64,000 nucleotides of DNA from Escherichia phage EdH4. Below are positions 15,756 to 25,072 of this stretch, piece after piece. Position numbers and translations under genes: made by a program. Location: the sequence record MK327930.1. One strand, written 5' to 3'. Every line of letters begins with the position of its first letter. The first letter of the stretch is position 1. A model generated the notes under the pieces. The model had not been told where the DNA came from. It saw only the letters and a program-made list of their open reading frames with translations, and did no database searches.

Positions 15756-16982
15756 TTAAAATGGGATGTCATCATCAAAGACGTACTGTGCTGGATTCTG
15801 ATCCATCGGGTCATCTTCCTCATCATTTACAGGAGGGGCGTCTACAGTGTTTTGCTGTGGAGCGGCTTCCTGTTTGGCAGCTTGAGGTTCTTGATGGTCA
15901 GTGGACTCAGCACCGTTCTTGATCCAATCGTACAACGGCTCAGCCAGATTAGTCAAGACATCTTTTGCTTCTGCAGTAATTGCCACTGCAAAATCATCAA
16001 CTTTCGTTTTCTTGTCAATACGGCGACAAGCGTTCAACACCGCATTACCGACACTGGCACCTACTTCATCTTCAGTTCGGTTGGTGGCTTGAGCATACTC
16101 TTTCTTAAGCTCAATGGTGACTACGTGCAGTGTTTTAGCCACGCCCAGTGGGTCGTCTACCTTAAACCCGCGATCCAGGATGATCTGCAACGCATTGATG
16201 CTATGCCCCGTTTCCACACCGATAGGGTCGTAAGAGGATTTACGCTTGCCACCAGAGCCTTGAGTGCCGTTCTCTGCCTTAGGAGGATAGGCCTTGAAAC
16301 CACTGATAATGTTTCCGGTGTCTTTGTCAACAATGGCTGCAACACGACCACCTACCACCAGGTCTTTAAGCTGCTCATCAGTTACAACCATAGCACCTTC
16401 GCCAATCTTGTGGTCATTAACAGTAACCACGTTGCCAACAATCTGAGTCACATCACCATAGATGCGTAAAACGTCCTGATTGGCATTCTGCTGAGGTTTC
16501 TGCTTCTGGCCTTGTGATTGTGCACCTTGTTGCTGTTTTTGCTGCTGAGTCGCTGCTGGAGCCTCTCCTGCACCCAGCTTAACCATCTTAGCCAGTGAGC
16601 CCTTGTAATAGGTCTTACCGTTATGCTCGTTTGCCTTCAAAGGTATATTTACGATCCATCCTGGCGTTACGGTTTCCCACTTGTCATCAATCTTAACAGA
16701 GACAGAGTCTTGATGACCTGGTTTAAGCAGCTTATCACCCATGCTGATCCAGACTTCTTCACCACCTTGAAGCAGGTTATCAGAGGAATCCAGTTCAGAA
16801 ATCAGTAAAGAGATGGTGTGGCTGGATTCAATTTTCTTACCTTGCCACACAGTGGTTTTAATACCTGTTGTAGGATCAGCACCTTTGATAGGCTTGATGC
16901 TAACACGTTTAATCATGCCGTGAGCCAGTAAAACAGTTTCACGCGGATTCATTGGGTTAGCGAATTGTTGAATAACGCTCAT
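15756..16982 (-). CDS. Single-stranded DNA-binding-like protein with SSB-type acidic C-terminal tail
   Basis: C-terminus ...DDDIPF is identical to the E. coli SSB tip; Q-rich linker QQQKQQQGAQSQGQKQKPQQ; 408 aa. Confidence 0.6.
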   Translation of the reverse strand: MSVIQQFANPMNPRETVLLAHGMIKRVSIKPIKGADPTTGIKTTVWQGKKIESSHTISLLISELDSSDNLLQGGEEVWISMGDKLLKPGHQDSVSVKIDDKWETVTPGWIVNIPLKANEHNGKTYYKGSLAKMVKLGAGEAPAATQQQKQQQGAQSQGQKQKPQQNANQDVLRIYGDVTQIVGNVVTVNDHKIGEGAMVVTDEQLKDLVVGGRVAAIVDKDTGNIISGFKAYPPKAENGTQGSGGKRKSSYDPIGVETGHSINALQIILDRGFKVDDPLGVAKTLHVVTIELKKEYAQATNRTEDEVGASVGNAVLNACRRIDKKTKVDDFAVAITAEAKDVLTNLAEPLYDWIKNGAESTDHQEPQAAKQEAAPQQNTVDAPPVNDEEDDPMDQNPAQYVFDDDIPF

Positions 16983-17347
16983 TATTTGTCTCCTTGTTCT
17001 TCGTTAGTGCTTGCCGTGTGTGCGAACCCTGCTTGAATTAATTTGTCCTGAACTTGAGCCAACAGGCCCATTGCAAAACTTGTAGTCCCAGAGAGGGCCA
17101 TCAGCATATCTCGTTGTTGAGCTACCCAACCTAAGGCATAGTCCAAACGACGATATTTTTCTTCTTCACGCAAAGCTTGGAATAATTGTTCAGCCTCTGG
17201 CTGTTGTGTAAGCTCCTGAAGTCTTCCCATGAAAGAAGAAAGCACTAGCAGAAGAGACACTTGATCTTTACTTAACCCTAAGAAAAATTCTTGAGGTTGT
17301 TCTTGCTCGTTCATCGCAACCGACGTTTGATCGTTCATTTGTTCCAT
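16982..17347 (-). CDS. Hypothetical protein
   Basis: 121-aa ORF, start overlaps the upstream stop. Confidence 0.55.
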   Translation of the reverse strand: MEQMNDQTSVAMNEQEQPQEFFLGLSKDQVSLLLVLSSFMGRLQELTQQPEAEQLFQALREEEKYRRLDYALGWVAQQRDMLMALSGTTSFAMGLLAQVQDKLIQAGFAHTASTNEEQGDK

Positions 17348-17430
17348 TATGGAATCTCCGATTTTATTTGAACAACATAGAAGGAGACACTATTTTAGCA
17401 TCCCCTTCTGTAAATTACAATAGGTATTTG

Positions 17431-17676
17431 TTAGCCAATCACTTCGAAAGTTCCCCAATTCCCGTCCAGCAGGCAGGTGATCGGATCCCCATCGTCGTCA
17501 AAGATTTCAAAGTTTTCAGCATCCAGGATGTGGCCCTCGAACACAATACTTTCGTCGCCACCACCAGAAATAACAGCGTATTCCTTACCTTGAGTCAAGT
17601 TTTGACACCCTTTGCCACCAAAACCTACTTCAACACAACGTACTTTCTGTCCTGCGCGAGCAACTACTTCAGTCAT
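17431..17676 (-). CDS. Hypothetical protein
   Basis: 81-aa ORF. Confidence 0.5.
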   Translation of the reverse strand: MTEVVARAGQKVRCVEVGFGGKGCQNLTQGKEYAVISGGGDESIVFEGHILDAENFEIFDDDGDPITCLLDGNWGTFEVIG

Positions 17677-17693
17677 CTTAAGGTCTCCTGATA

Positions 17694-18014
17694 TTAATCG
17701 TCAAGTTCAAAATAGATTTTAACAGCTTCATCAAAGATTGGAATCCCGATGTTGTTGATAAGCTGCCAAACTACCATATCTTTACCTGGGTCTGGGAGAA
17801 TGTCAACCTTTCTCCATGCGCTGTATATCCAGTTTGGACCACCTTCTGCACTAACTGGCAGATTTTCACCAGCCTCCTGCAGATACTTATACAGCAAAAG
17901 ATATTCTGGATACTCTAGAACACTGTCCTCTGTAGTATATAGCAGTTCACGGTATACTTTTAAGAACCCTGCTGGGGTGATGTTTTCAGTCTTCATTTGC
18001 TGCTTCTCCTGCAT
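17694..18014 (-). CDS. Hypothetical protein
   Basis: 106-aa ORF. Confidence 0.5.
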   Translation of the reverse strand: MQEKQQMKTENITPAGFLKVYRELLYTTEDSVLEYPEYLLLYKYLQEAGENLPVSAEGGPNWIYSAWRKVDILPDPGKDMVVWQLINNIGIPIFDEAVKIYFELDD

Positions 18015-18375
18015 TCATCAGATCTGCCATAGCGTCACCCACGAAGAGAACAACCACATCGTTGACCGCGTCAGCATCATCTTTGTTGACGTTGCTGAAT
18101 TTAGGACACACAGCAATAATCATATAGACACCGTTACCAACCTGAACTGTCCGTGTGGTGCACATCATGGCGGTATTTGTGCCATCTTTGAAGGCGAAGC
18201 CTTGAAGACGCTCCTCTAAAGTGTTACCGGTAGATTTCAGAAGCGCCAGCTCGTCCAAGGCATAGATGATATCTCCGGAAGTTAGTGTTGCCTTGCCATC
18301 AGACACCATAATCACTCCATCAGCACCGTCAAGCTTAGAGGCTTCAAAGATATCGATATCCCAAATATTTTTCAT
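17986..18375 (-). CDS. Hypothetical protein
   Basis: 129-aa ORF. Confidence 0.55.
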   Translation of the reverse strand: MKNIWDIDIFEASKLDGADGVIMVSDGKATLTSGDIIYALDELALLKSTGNTLEERLQGFAFKDGTNTAMMCTTRTVQVGNGVYMIIAVCPKFSNVNKDDADAVNDVVVLFVGDAMADLMNAGEAANED

Positions 18376-18692
18376 TACTCTTCCTCGTCTAAGGAGTTGA
18401 AGATTTCACCGAAGTATTCTAAGACTTCTAGCTCCCGTGTGGTGCAGAAAACACAGTCACCGTTGTCATCCTCGATAACGGCCTCTTTACCCAGTACATC
18501 TACTTCAAGTTTATCGTTCAACAGGACGGCCCCTGTGTAAACTTTGTCAGCTGTGCAGTCCCGAAAAGCAGAGTCCTTCTCTAGATAGTCTGGCTTAACC
18601 TTGGCTTTAATTCGTTGATATTGTTTGGTCATTGCTGTGGTCCCCTTTCGTTTTGATAGGACCATTGTATTAGGTCCTATCGCTGTTGTCAA
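18375..18692 (-). CDS. Small Cys-containing protein, paralogue family 1 (member a)
   Basis: Shares AF(R/K)DCT...D(N/E)GD(C/S)V(F/W)CT with the adjacent gene. Confidence 0.55.
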   Translation of the reverse strand: MTTAIGPNTMVLSKRKGTTAMTKQYQRIKAKVKPDYLEKDSAFRDCTADKVYTGAVLLNDKLEVDVLGKEAVIEDDNGDCVFCTTRELEVLEYFGEIFNSLDEEE

Positions 18693-18695
18693 GTA

Positions 18696-18950
18696 TTAAT
18701 GTTCAGTTTTTACAAAAACTACTTCGTTAACAGTGCACCAGACAGAGTCTCCTTCATCATCTTTAAAGGTAAGGCACTGTGCTGAGTTTTCCAGCTCATC
18801 AAGCTCTTCTTGTGATAGAGGGGCCCCTTCTTCCAAAAGGGCTTTTACCAAAGGGTTCTCACAAAACTCTGCTTCATAAGTAGCGCCAAGTGTGCAATCT
18901 TTAAAAGCTCGGTCGTTTGCAACGCATTCTGGTTTCAACATGATTTTCAT
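18696..18950 (-). CDS. Small Cys-containing protein, paralogue family 1 (member b)
   Basis: Paralogue of CDS 18375..18692. Confidence 0.55.
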   Translation of the reverse strand: MKIMLKPECVANDRAFKDCTLGATYEAEFCENPLVKALLEEGAPLSQEELDELENSAQCLTFKDDEGDSVWCTVNEVVFVKTEH

Positions 18951-19026
18951 CTTAGAGGTCTCCTTAATTATTTAACAATCAATACTCTGTTTGTGAGGAG
19001 TATCTTACATCTAACCTTACTTCTTG

Positions 19027-19425
19027 TCAACGACTATTTTCAATCATCCACCAAGGATCAAGGTAGGTTTGTTGACTTTTTGCCCACTGGCAAACATCTT
19101 CGTACATCTGAACTTCGTTTTCAGTCAGTTCACGAATAGGCTCATCTATACCCTCATTTTTGTGGTAATCCCAGTCGGCATCGATTTCCCACAACCATGA
19201 CTTGTTGTCACCACGCTTACGCACACAGAAGTCACCGGGACGGCCTGCCAATGCATTTAAGAACTCATTCTCCGCTCGCTCCTGAAGAATACTAAGGAGC
19301 AAAACGTTGGAGCATGACCGTAAAATATGCTTCAGCTCACAATCATCAATCTCAACTTCAATACGTTGTTTGACTGTGTGGGTACCTTTTACTAACATCC
19401 TACCTCCTCTAAACGAACTCTGCAA
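19027..19425 (-). CDS. Hypothetical protein
   Basis: 132-aa ORF. Confidence 0.5.
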   Translation of the reverse strand: MQSSFRGGRMLVKGTHTVKQRIEVEIDDCELKHILRSCSNVLLLSILQERAENEFLNALAGRPGDFCVRKRGDNKSWLWEIDADWDYHKNEGIDEPIRELTENEVQMYEDVCQWAKSQQTYLDPWWMIENSR

Positions 19426-19603
19426 GAGTTGTGTTGTTCACTGCACCGCAGTAAATGGAGTATCCCAGCCCATTAGAGTGCAGAAACCACGGCGTGCCGA
19501 AATTATCTTTCACGTAGACATCACCGTTGCTTGTAAAGGGCCAATATTCTTCACCAAGGGTGAAATACCTACTCATACCCTCAGCCAGATACTTTACTTT
19601 CAT
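19409..19603 (-). CDS. Small protein, paralogue family 2 (member a)
   Basis: Motif G-x-(P/I)-W-F-(L/I)-(S)-H shared with the next two genes. Confidence 0.5.
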   Translation of the reverse strand: MKVKYLAEGMSRYFTLGEEYWPFTSNGDVYVKDNFGTPWFLHSNGLGYSIYCGAVNNTTLAEFV

Positions 19604-19827
19604 AGGTCCTCTTCAACAGCTACAAACTTGGCAAGCAGGGTGGTTCCGTAGATATGATACTCACCGTTTGCCAGATGGGAGATAAACCAGGCAATCCCCT
19701 CCTCGTCTTTAATCATCTTGTTTGCACGATCTTTATCGTAATAAACCTCGTAGGTCTTTCCTTCTTTAAAGAAGGACAGGTCTGTCATCTTTTCTTCTAC
19801 AAAAGTAGCTTTAACCAAAGTTGTCAT
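19600..19827 (-). CDS. Small protein, paralogue family 2 (member b)
   Basis: EEGIAWFISHLANGEYHIYG; overlapping stop/start with its neighbours. Confidence 0.5.
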   Translation of the reverse strand: MTTLVKATFVEEKMTDLSFFKEGKTYEVYYDKDRANKMIKDEEGIAWFISHLANGEYHIYGTTLLAKFVAVEEDL

Positions 19828-20198
19828 TGATCGGTCTCCTTCTTGTTAAGTCTGAATACTGCAATAATAGCATTCCCAAGGTGCAGTGTCAAATCATTTC
19901 CAAGATACCACAACATTCCACGGTCATCTTTAATGAAAGGGTAACAATCCGGTGCCTTCCAGACATTGTACACCTTGCCAACCTGAAAGAAATCAGGCCC
20001 TGTTGGGATTTTGGTGCCAGGCCACACTTGAGATACCTGAACACACTCCACCTGCATAATAACAGGGATAGTCATGGATGTAAATGTTTTTGTTGGTTCT
20101 ACTACCATAAAAGTCTCCTCTTTACTCAACAACACTTCCATGTGTTGATAGTTTACATTAGTGACAATCACCCCAATTACGACCACACAAGTATTCAC
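19824..20198 (-). CDS. Small protein, paralogue family 2 (member c, longer)
   Basis: C-terminal DDRGMLWYLGNDLTLHLGN resembles the two preceding genes. Confidence 0.5.
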   Translation of the reverse strand: MNTCVVVIGVIVTNVNYQHMEVLLSKEETFMVVEPTKTFTSMTIPVIMQVECVQVSQVWPGTKIPTGPDFFQVGKVYNVWKAPDCYPFIKDDRGMLWYLGNDLTLHLGNAIIAVFRLNKKETDQ

Positions 20199-22935
20199 CT
20201 GTGATCTGGAACGGGACTCCCATCATTTTAGAAGCTTGCCAGAAGCAATGCACCACCATTTCACCCACAGGGCTCCAGATAAGTTCAAGCTTTCCGTCAT
20301 CGTTCAGGATAGGATCGTACACCGTGTTTCCGTCTCTGTCAACCACTTCGTTTCCGTCCTCATCCTTGCGTGCCTTTTTGTACTTATGACCGTCGAACAC
20401 ATGAAGTTTGGCTTCCTGCTCTGCCTTAAATGCTTCCAGTTCTTCAATTGTGTCGAAGGTGTACACAGTCTTATACTTCGGTGTGTCAGGCACTTGAAGC
20501 TGATATTCGTCATGGTAATAGATAATACGGCGAACACCTTCATCGTACCACCCACGCTTCACCATTTGGTGGTGCATGAGTATCCCAACTAAGTCACACA
20601 ACGATGCACCACCATTTTGTTGGTATGCATTAAGTAAAGAGTGTTTAGATCGGGTCCAGATGGCATGACCATCAAAAGAGTAGATAAACTTCTTACCCGT
20701 TGCTTCCCAGAATTTCTCCAGATCTTCTTTACGCCCCTTAAGACCGGGGTTGGCATCCCAAAGTGCATCGATTACCCTTTGTCCCAACTCTGGAGAGATA
20801 TCCAGCATGTCTGCAACTTTATCTTTTTGTGCCCCGTACATAACCCCATACGTGATAGGTTTACCGTCGTTACGAGACACCTCTCTACCTGCTACTTTTG
20901 TATATGCCTCAGCATTGTTTTGGTGTGCGTCCCCGTTACTTACAACATCGTAATACAGGCCGTTGTCGAACTCAAAGGCACCCCAAGCCCCGATAAGCTG
21001 CTCTAAGTTGGACCCGTCAATACCGATCTCAAAGTATCCTGGAGGAACACCCCACAGACTACGCATCTCTTTACCCATAACCACTTTAGGAGATGGTTTA
21101 GGCATGTTTGCACAAATACTGTGTTTCTGTCGGGAAGTGTTTGTTAATCCAGAACTTTTAGCAGGAAGCTTATGGTCAATCTTCAAACGTGGGTGATTAA
21201 GAAGACCAGTATCAACCTTATCCTCCTTGATTGGATCAAGGACCGATCTGCGGTTTCGCAATGATAACCACAAGACGATATCTTTAGCCATCTCTCCGTT
21301 CAATTTTTCAAGATTTGGGCATAGGTGTCCAAACGTATCTTTCAGTTGCGGAGAAGTAATAAGTGCCCTGGCTTTTCTACGTATTTTCCCGAACACTTCC
21401 TTTTTAATCCTTTCGGAGTTAGGAAAGCTTCGGAACTTGTGCACGGTTGTCTGAAACTTAGCATCAGTTTTGTTCCAGAAGTTGATAATCAGGTCACAAT
21501 ACTCTGACTCTAAAAGCTCGTCCATGTATGCATATACTCGTGCATCAACATCTGCATCAGGTAGAGCTTTCTTCTTGCTGTCTTTAGTTACATCCTTAGT
21601 TCTCCACATTGTCGGAAGCCAACCAGCACTGATCAGGTATCGCTTAATGTCGTCCTGATTGCTGATTTTCATAGGTATCTTGCAGTCAGGCATTCGCTTC
21701 TGCTGTAGATCACTTATTGCCTGATCCATCAGCTCTTTAGGTAAAGGTTGTGGTGTGGAAGTGCCCTTAATATAGCCTCTCAAGAAAGCAGCCATCTTAT
21801 CAGGGTCTTTGCAGCCCATCTCTTCACACCATTTTATCCCCATCTTACTGACATCTCCTGTGGAGGTAAATGCTCGCTTAGGTGGGGCTTTGAAATCTAA
21901 AGCGCTCATGTCCACAGGATAGCCAAGCTTATCTTTTAACCATTTCCAACCATTATTGGAGATTGTCCCATCTTGGTTAAACGGCTTTTCAGGGAACTTG
22001 GGCCGCTGAGATATTGACAACTCTTTTAAAGGGAGTTGAGGTTCAACACGATCAGCGATCTCTTTCATCCACGCATCGCAACGGTCACGTAAAGCAATAG
22101 CCCCATCTATGTCGAAATACACACCCTGACGGGCCTGCAGCTCCATCAGGAAGTGCTGCAGCATGCCTCGGCGTAATGCGTTCTTCCAGGTGATCTTCTT
22201 GAACCCTTTCGGCTTCTCTTTGGCAGGATCGTACATAAAGTTCTGCATGTCAGATTTGCCGTAGAATACACCTTTTGATTCCGCTACCAGCTCTTTCCAG
22301 AGCAGCTCCTGGATGATAACGTCCTCGAATACACGATCCACATACTTCCACAACGGAAGATCGCGCCAGTCATCAATTTGAACTTTCTGGTTACCAAGTG
22401 CGTAGCCCCATGCCATAAGGCCGTGAGGACCAACAGGCTGCATTTTCTTAGTAACCGGGTTGAATACGGAGTCAGGACAACCTTTTGGTAAAGGGCGATC
22501 AGGCCATAAGATTCGGCTCATCGCCAACGTATCAAACAGGTTAACCTGGTGGTCGTTGATAGTCCCCATGCATTTAGGATCACGGAACATATCAAAATGA
22601 ATACCGGATAATCTTTCCATCAGCATAAAGTCATAACTGTAGCAGTTATGGCAGTTCAAAGCTGTTGGTGACCAGTCGGAATTGCCTGTGAGCCAACCTT
22701 CCAACTCCGAAAAATCTGCTATGCGAACTTCAAAATCTTTATAAAGAGTTTTCTTTGCCAGAATGAAGTTCTTAGCCTTTTCTATATCCTCCTCGGAGTA
22801 GTGTGTGCGGTCATTTAGAGGAAGGAACAGCATAAAACGGTTCTTATTCAGCTCTTTAAACAGACCGCAGTGATAATAAAGATCTGGGTCTTCCAGCAAA
22901 CCGGATGACTCAAAATCGAAAGACCACATGCTCAT
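20158..22935 (-). CDS. DNA polymerase, family A, with 3'-5' exonuclease domain
   Basis: Exo I FDFESSG; motif A DGSNLEQLI; motif B RNDGKPITYGVMYGAQ; motif C YYHDEYQL; 925 aa. Confidence 0.9.
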   Translation of the reverse strand: MSMWSFDFESSGLLEDPDLYYHCGLFKELNKNRFMLFLPLNDRTHYSEEDIEKAKNFILAKKTLYKDFEVRIADFSELEGWLTGNSDWSPTALNCHNCYSYDFMLMERLSGIHFDMFRDPKCMGTINDHQVNLFDTLAMSRILWPDRPLPKGCPDSVFNPVTKKMQPVGPHGLMAWGYALGNQKVQIDDWRDLPLWKYVDRVFEDVIIQELLWKELVAESKGVFYGKSDMQNFMYDPAKEKPKGFKKITWKNALRRGMLQHFLMELQARQGVYFDIDGAIALRDRCDAWMKEIADRVEPQLPLKELSISQRPKFPEKPFNQDGTISNNGWKWLKDKLGYPVDMSALDFKAPPKRAFTSTGDVSKMGIKWCEEMGCKDPDKMAAFLRGYIKGTSTPQPLPKELMDQAISDLQQKRMPDCKIPMKISNQDDIKRYLISAGWLPTMWRTKDVTKDSKKKALPDADVDARVYAYMDELLESEYCDLIINFWNKTDAKFQTTVHKFRSFPNSERIKKEVFGKIRRKARALITSPQLKDTFGHLCPNLEKLNGEMAKDIVLWLSLRNRRSVLDPIKEDKVDTGLLNHPRLKIDHKLPAKSSGLTNTSRQKHSICANMPKPSPKVVMGKEMRSLWGVPPGYFEIGIDGSNLEQLIGAWGAFEFDNGLYYDVVSNGDAHQNNAEAYTKVAGREVSRNDGKPITYGVMYGAQKDKVADMLDISPELGQRVIDALWDANPGLKGRKEDLEKFWEATGKKFIYSFDGHAIWTRSKHSLLNAYQQNGGASLCDLVGILMHHQMVKRGWYDEGVRRIIYYHDEYQLQVPDTPKYKTVYTFDTIEELEAFKAEQEAKLHVFDGHKYKKARKDEDGNEVVDRDGNTVYDPILNDDGKLELIWSPVGEMVVHCFWQASKMMGVPFQITGEYLCGRNWGDCH

Positions 22936-22993
22936 ATACAGTTCTCCTTAAAGGGGAGGCGGTTGTACTACCCCTCCCACTCTTGGTTAAACA

Positions 22994-25072
22994 TTAAAAA
23001 GGCGTTTCATCGTCCTCAAAACCAGGGACAGGGTCAGAGGATGGATCATCGTACTGTAGGTCTTCTTGTGTGTCAACAGGCTTAACAGTAGGAGTTACAA
23101 CCTTATCAGCCACAACCTTGCCCATAGGTGTTTCTACAACTGCATGCTCCTGATCCTCAAACATAGCCTGGGGTCTCCAAACAACCTCCCCACCTTCTCC
23201 GTCTGTAAACATCTGCATTTCTTTGTCCCAGTACCAATTACTGGCATCATGGAACTTACCTGTATGCGGATCCATAACTAAAGTGTCAGCAATACCTAAA
23301 GTTTTTGCTGGACGGTTTTTAAGACCTACCAGACGGACACGTCCACGAGAACGATCCACCATTTCTTCGGCCTCGACACCTATGACTACCCAACTCAACT
23401 GTTCAAGCCCAGCCGATCCTCGCAAATTCTCTTTTCGCACAGGATACCAGAAAGGTAATGGGTTACCATCCTTGTCCTTAGGGGGCACAATCTCTGTACG
23501 TTTGAGGTGAGCGATCACCAAGATAAACACGTTAAACTGCTTACAAAACGCAGCCAGTTGGGTCATAGCCATGTCCAGTTCTTTTCGCTCATCCTTAACA
23601 TTAAGCCCTGAAATTACCATGGACAGGTGATCCAGCACAATATAACGACAATGGTACAGGCAAACCATTTGCTTAAGCTTGGTAATCAACTCGTCCACTG
23701 GAATAGACCCGAAATGTTTGAACACTTTGATTTTTCCAGCTTTTGCCCATGATTGGTGAATCTCTGCGTGTTCTTGATCAGTTAAAAACTGGCTAGGATC
23801 TTCAACAAACTCTTTAACATCAAACCCTAACTGGTTTGCATACAAGGAGTTAATTGCTTCCTCTGGGTCCTCCTCAAGATGAATCATGCATAGACGATCA
23901 TCCTCTTCGTAATCATCAGCCTTTGGACATGTCGGGTCCATTAGGTATCTTGCAATACAGTGTTCCAGTTTTTTAGCTACAGTTGTTTTACCGCCCCCTG
24001 ATGGACCTGTAAGCATTACGAGTGTCCCTTTGTGCAAGCCTTTTAGCATTTTTTGCAGTTTTGGGAACTCTGCGCTGATATCTACCCCGTTGGAAGTCTT
24101 TTTCCGCAAAGATTCGATAGAGAAGTCTTCTAAATCCGATACAGCATCCGGTACATACTTAACAGGATGCCGGAACATGTTTACAATATCTTCCAGCTTT
24201 TTAGCCTTCAGCATGTCACGGATATCTTTTACACCGTCAGGATCGTTTACTTCACCAGGGTACTCTACGTGGTAAACGTTATCAGCCATCAAAAATGCTG
24301 CGATATTGTGCGTAGCCTCAACACCTTTAATGACGTGTTTTTGCTTCTCTACCTCGTTAGCTGCATCGTTATCCATTGCCAGCACAACTGTTCCATAGCT
24401 ACGGATAAACTTCTCATTGTTTGCAAAAGTATCTACTGCGTTTGCACATCCACAGTTAATTCCAACAAAAGGTAGGCAGGGTTTTCCTGCCAGATCACCA
24501 CCGTTGATAACTGCATCGATCCCGTCCTGTACCTCTTTAGCCCACTGCTTCACCTTTGCCGGGGCTTTAGCGTTGGTGAGAATCCCTTTTACTTGTATCT
24601 GATATGCAGCCTGCCATGCTGCAATAACATCACCTTCTCCCTCGCAAACGTTAATCTGCTTACGGTTGTTGGAAGATGCACACAGCTTTTGCCCAAACAT
24701 CTGGGAGTTAGCCTTTACTATGCCAACAACGGAGAAATGGCCCCTTTGCTCTTTAGGAATCGTCCAGTCACGCTTTTTGAAACCTGACAGATTTCCGTAG
24801 CGGTCGTAATATGGGAAATATGTTGCAGTGACTGTCACACCGTCTTCTTGGGACAATGCTGATCGCACACCAAAATATTGTGCAGCCATCAGACCGATAT
24901 TTTGTTGTGGGACAGGGACAATTTTAGTATTTTCTAAAACAGTCTCTACAGTTTCAACTTCTTTTTCATCACGATAGTCTCGTTTCACACTCCCCCCACT
25001 TTTATACTTAGTTGCTTTCGGGTTTGGCTCACCGAAACGGTTGTATGCAGATGCCATAAATTTACTTCCCAT
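22994..25072 (-). CDS. Bifunctional primase-helicase (TOPRIM plus DnaB-like helicase)
   Basis: TOPRIM CEGEGD and VLAMDNDAAN; Walker A GPSGGGKT; acidic C-terminal tail ...FEDDETPF. Confidence 0.85.
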   Translation of the reverse strand: MGSKFMASAYNRFGEPNPKATKYKSGGSVKRDYRDEKEVETVETVLENTKIVPVPQQNIGLMAAQYFGVRSALSQEDGVTVTATYFPYYDRYGNLSGFKKRDWTIPKEQRGHFSVVGIVKANSQMFGQKLCASSNNRKQINVCEGEGDVIAAWQAAYQIQVKGILTNAKAPAKVKQWAKEVQDGIDAVINGGDLAGKPCLPFVGINCGCANAVDTFANNEKFIRSYGTVVLAMDNDAANEVEKQKHVIKGVEATHNIAAFLMADNVYHVEYPGEVNDPDGVKDIRDMLKAKKLEDIVNMFRHPVKYVPDAVSDLEDFSIESLRKKTSNGVDISAEFPKLQKMLKGLHKGTLVMLTGPSGGGKTTVAKKLEHCIARYLMDPTCPKADDYEEDDRLCMIHLEEDPEEAINSLYANQLGFDVKEFVEDPSQFLTDQEHAEIHQSWAKAGKIKVFKHFGSIPVDELITKLKQMVCLYHCRYIVLDHLSMVISGLNVKDERKELDMAMTQLAAFCKQFNVFILVIAHLKRTEIVPPKDKDGNPLPFWYPVRKENLRGSAGLEQLSWVVIGVEAEEMVDRSRGRVRLVGLKNRPAKTLGIADTLVMDPHTGKFHDASNWYWDKEMQMFTDGEGGEVVWRPQAMFEDQEHAVVETPMGKVVADKVVTPTVKPVDTQEDLQYDDPSSDPVPGFEDDETPF

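Noticed and set aside
15753-16469. 238-aa plus-strand ORF
   Set aside because: Lies antisense inside the SSB-like gene, has no RBS and a low-complexity translation; shadow ORF.
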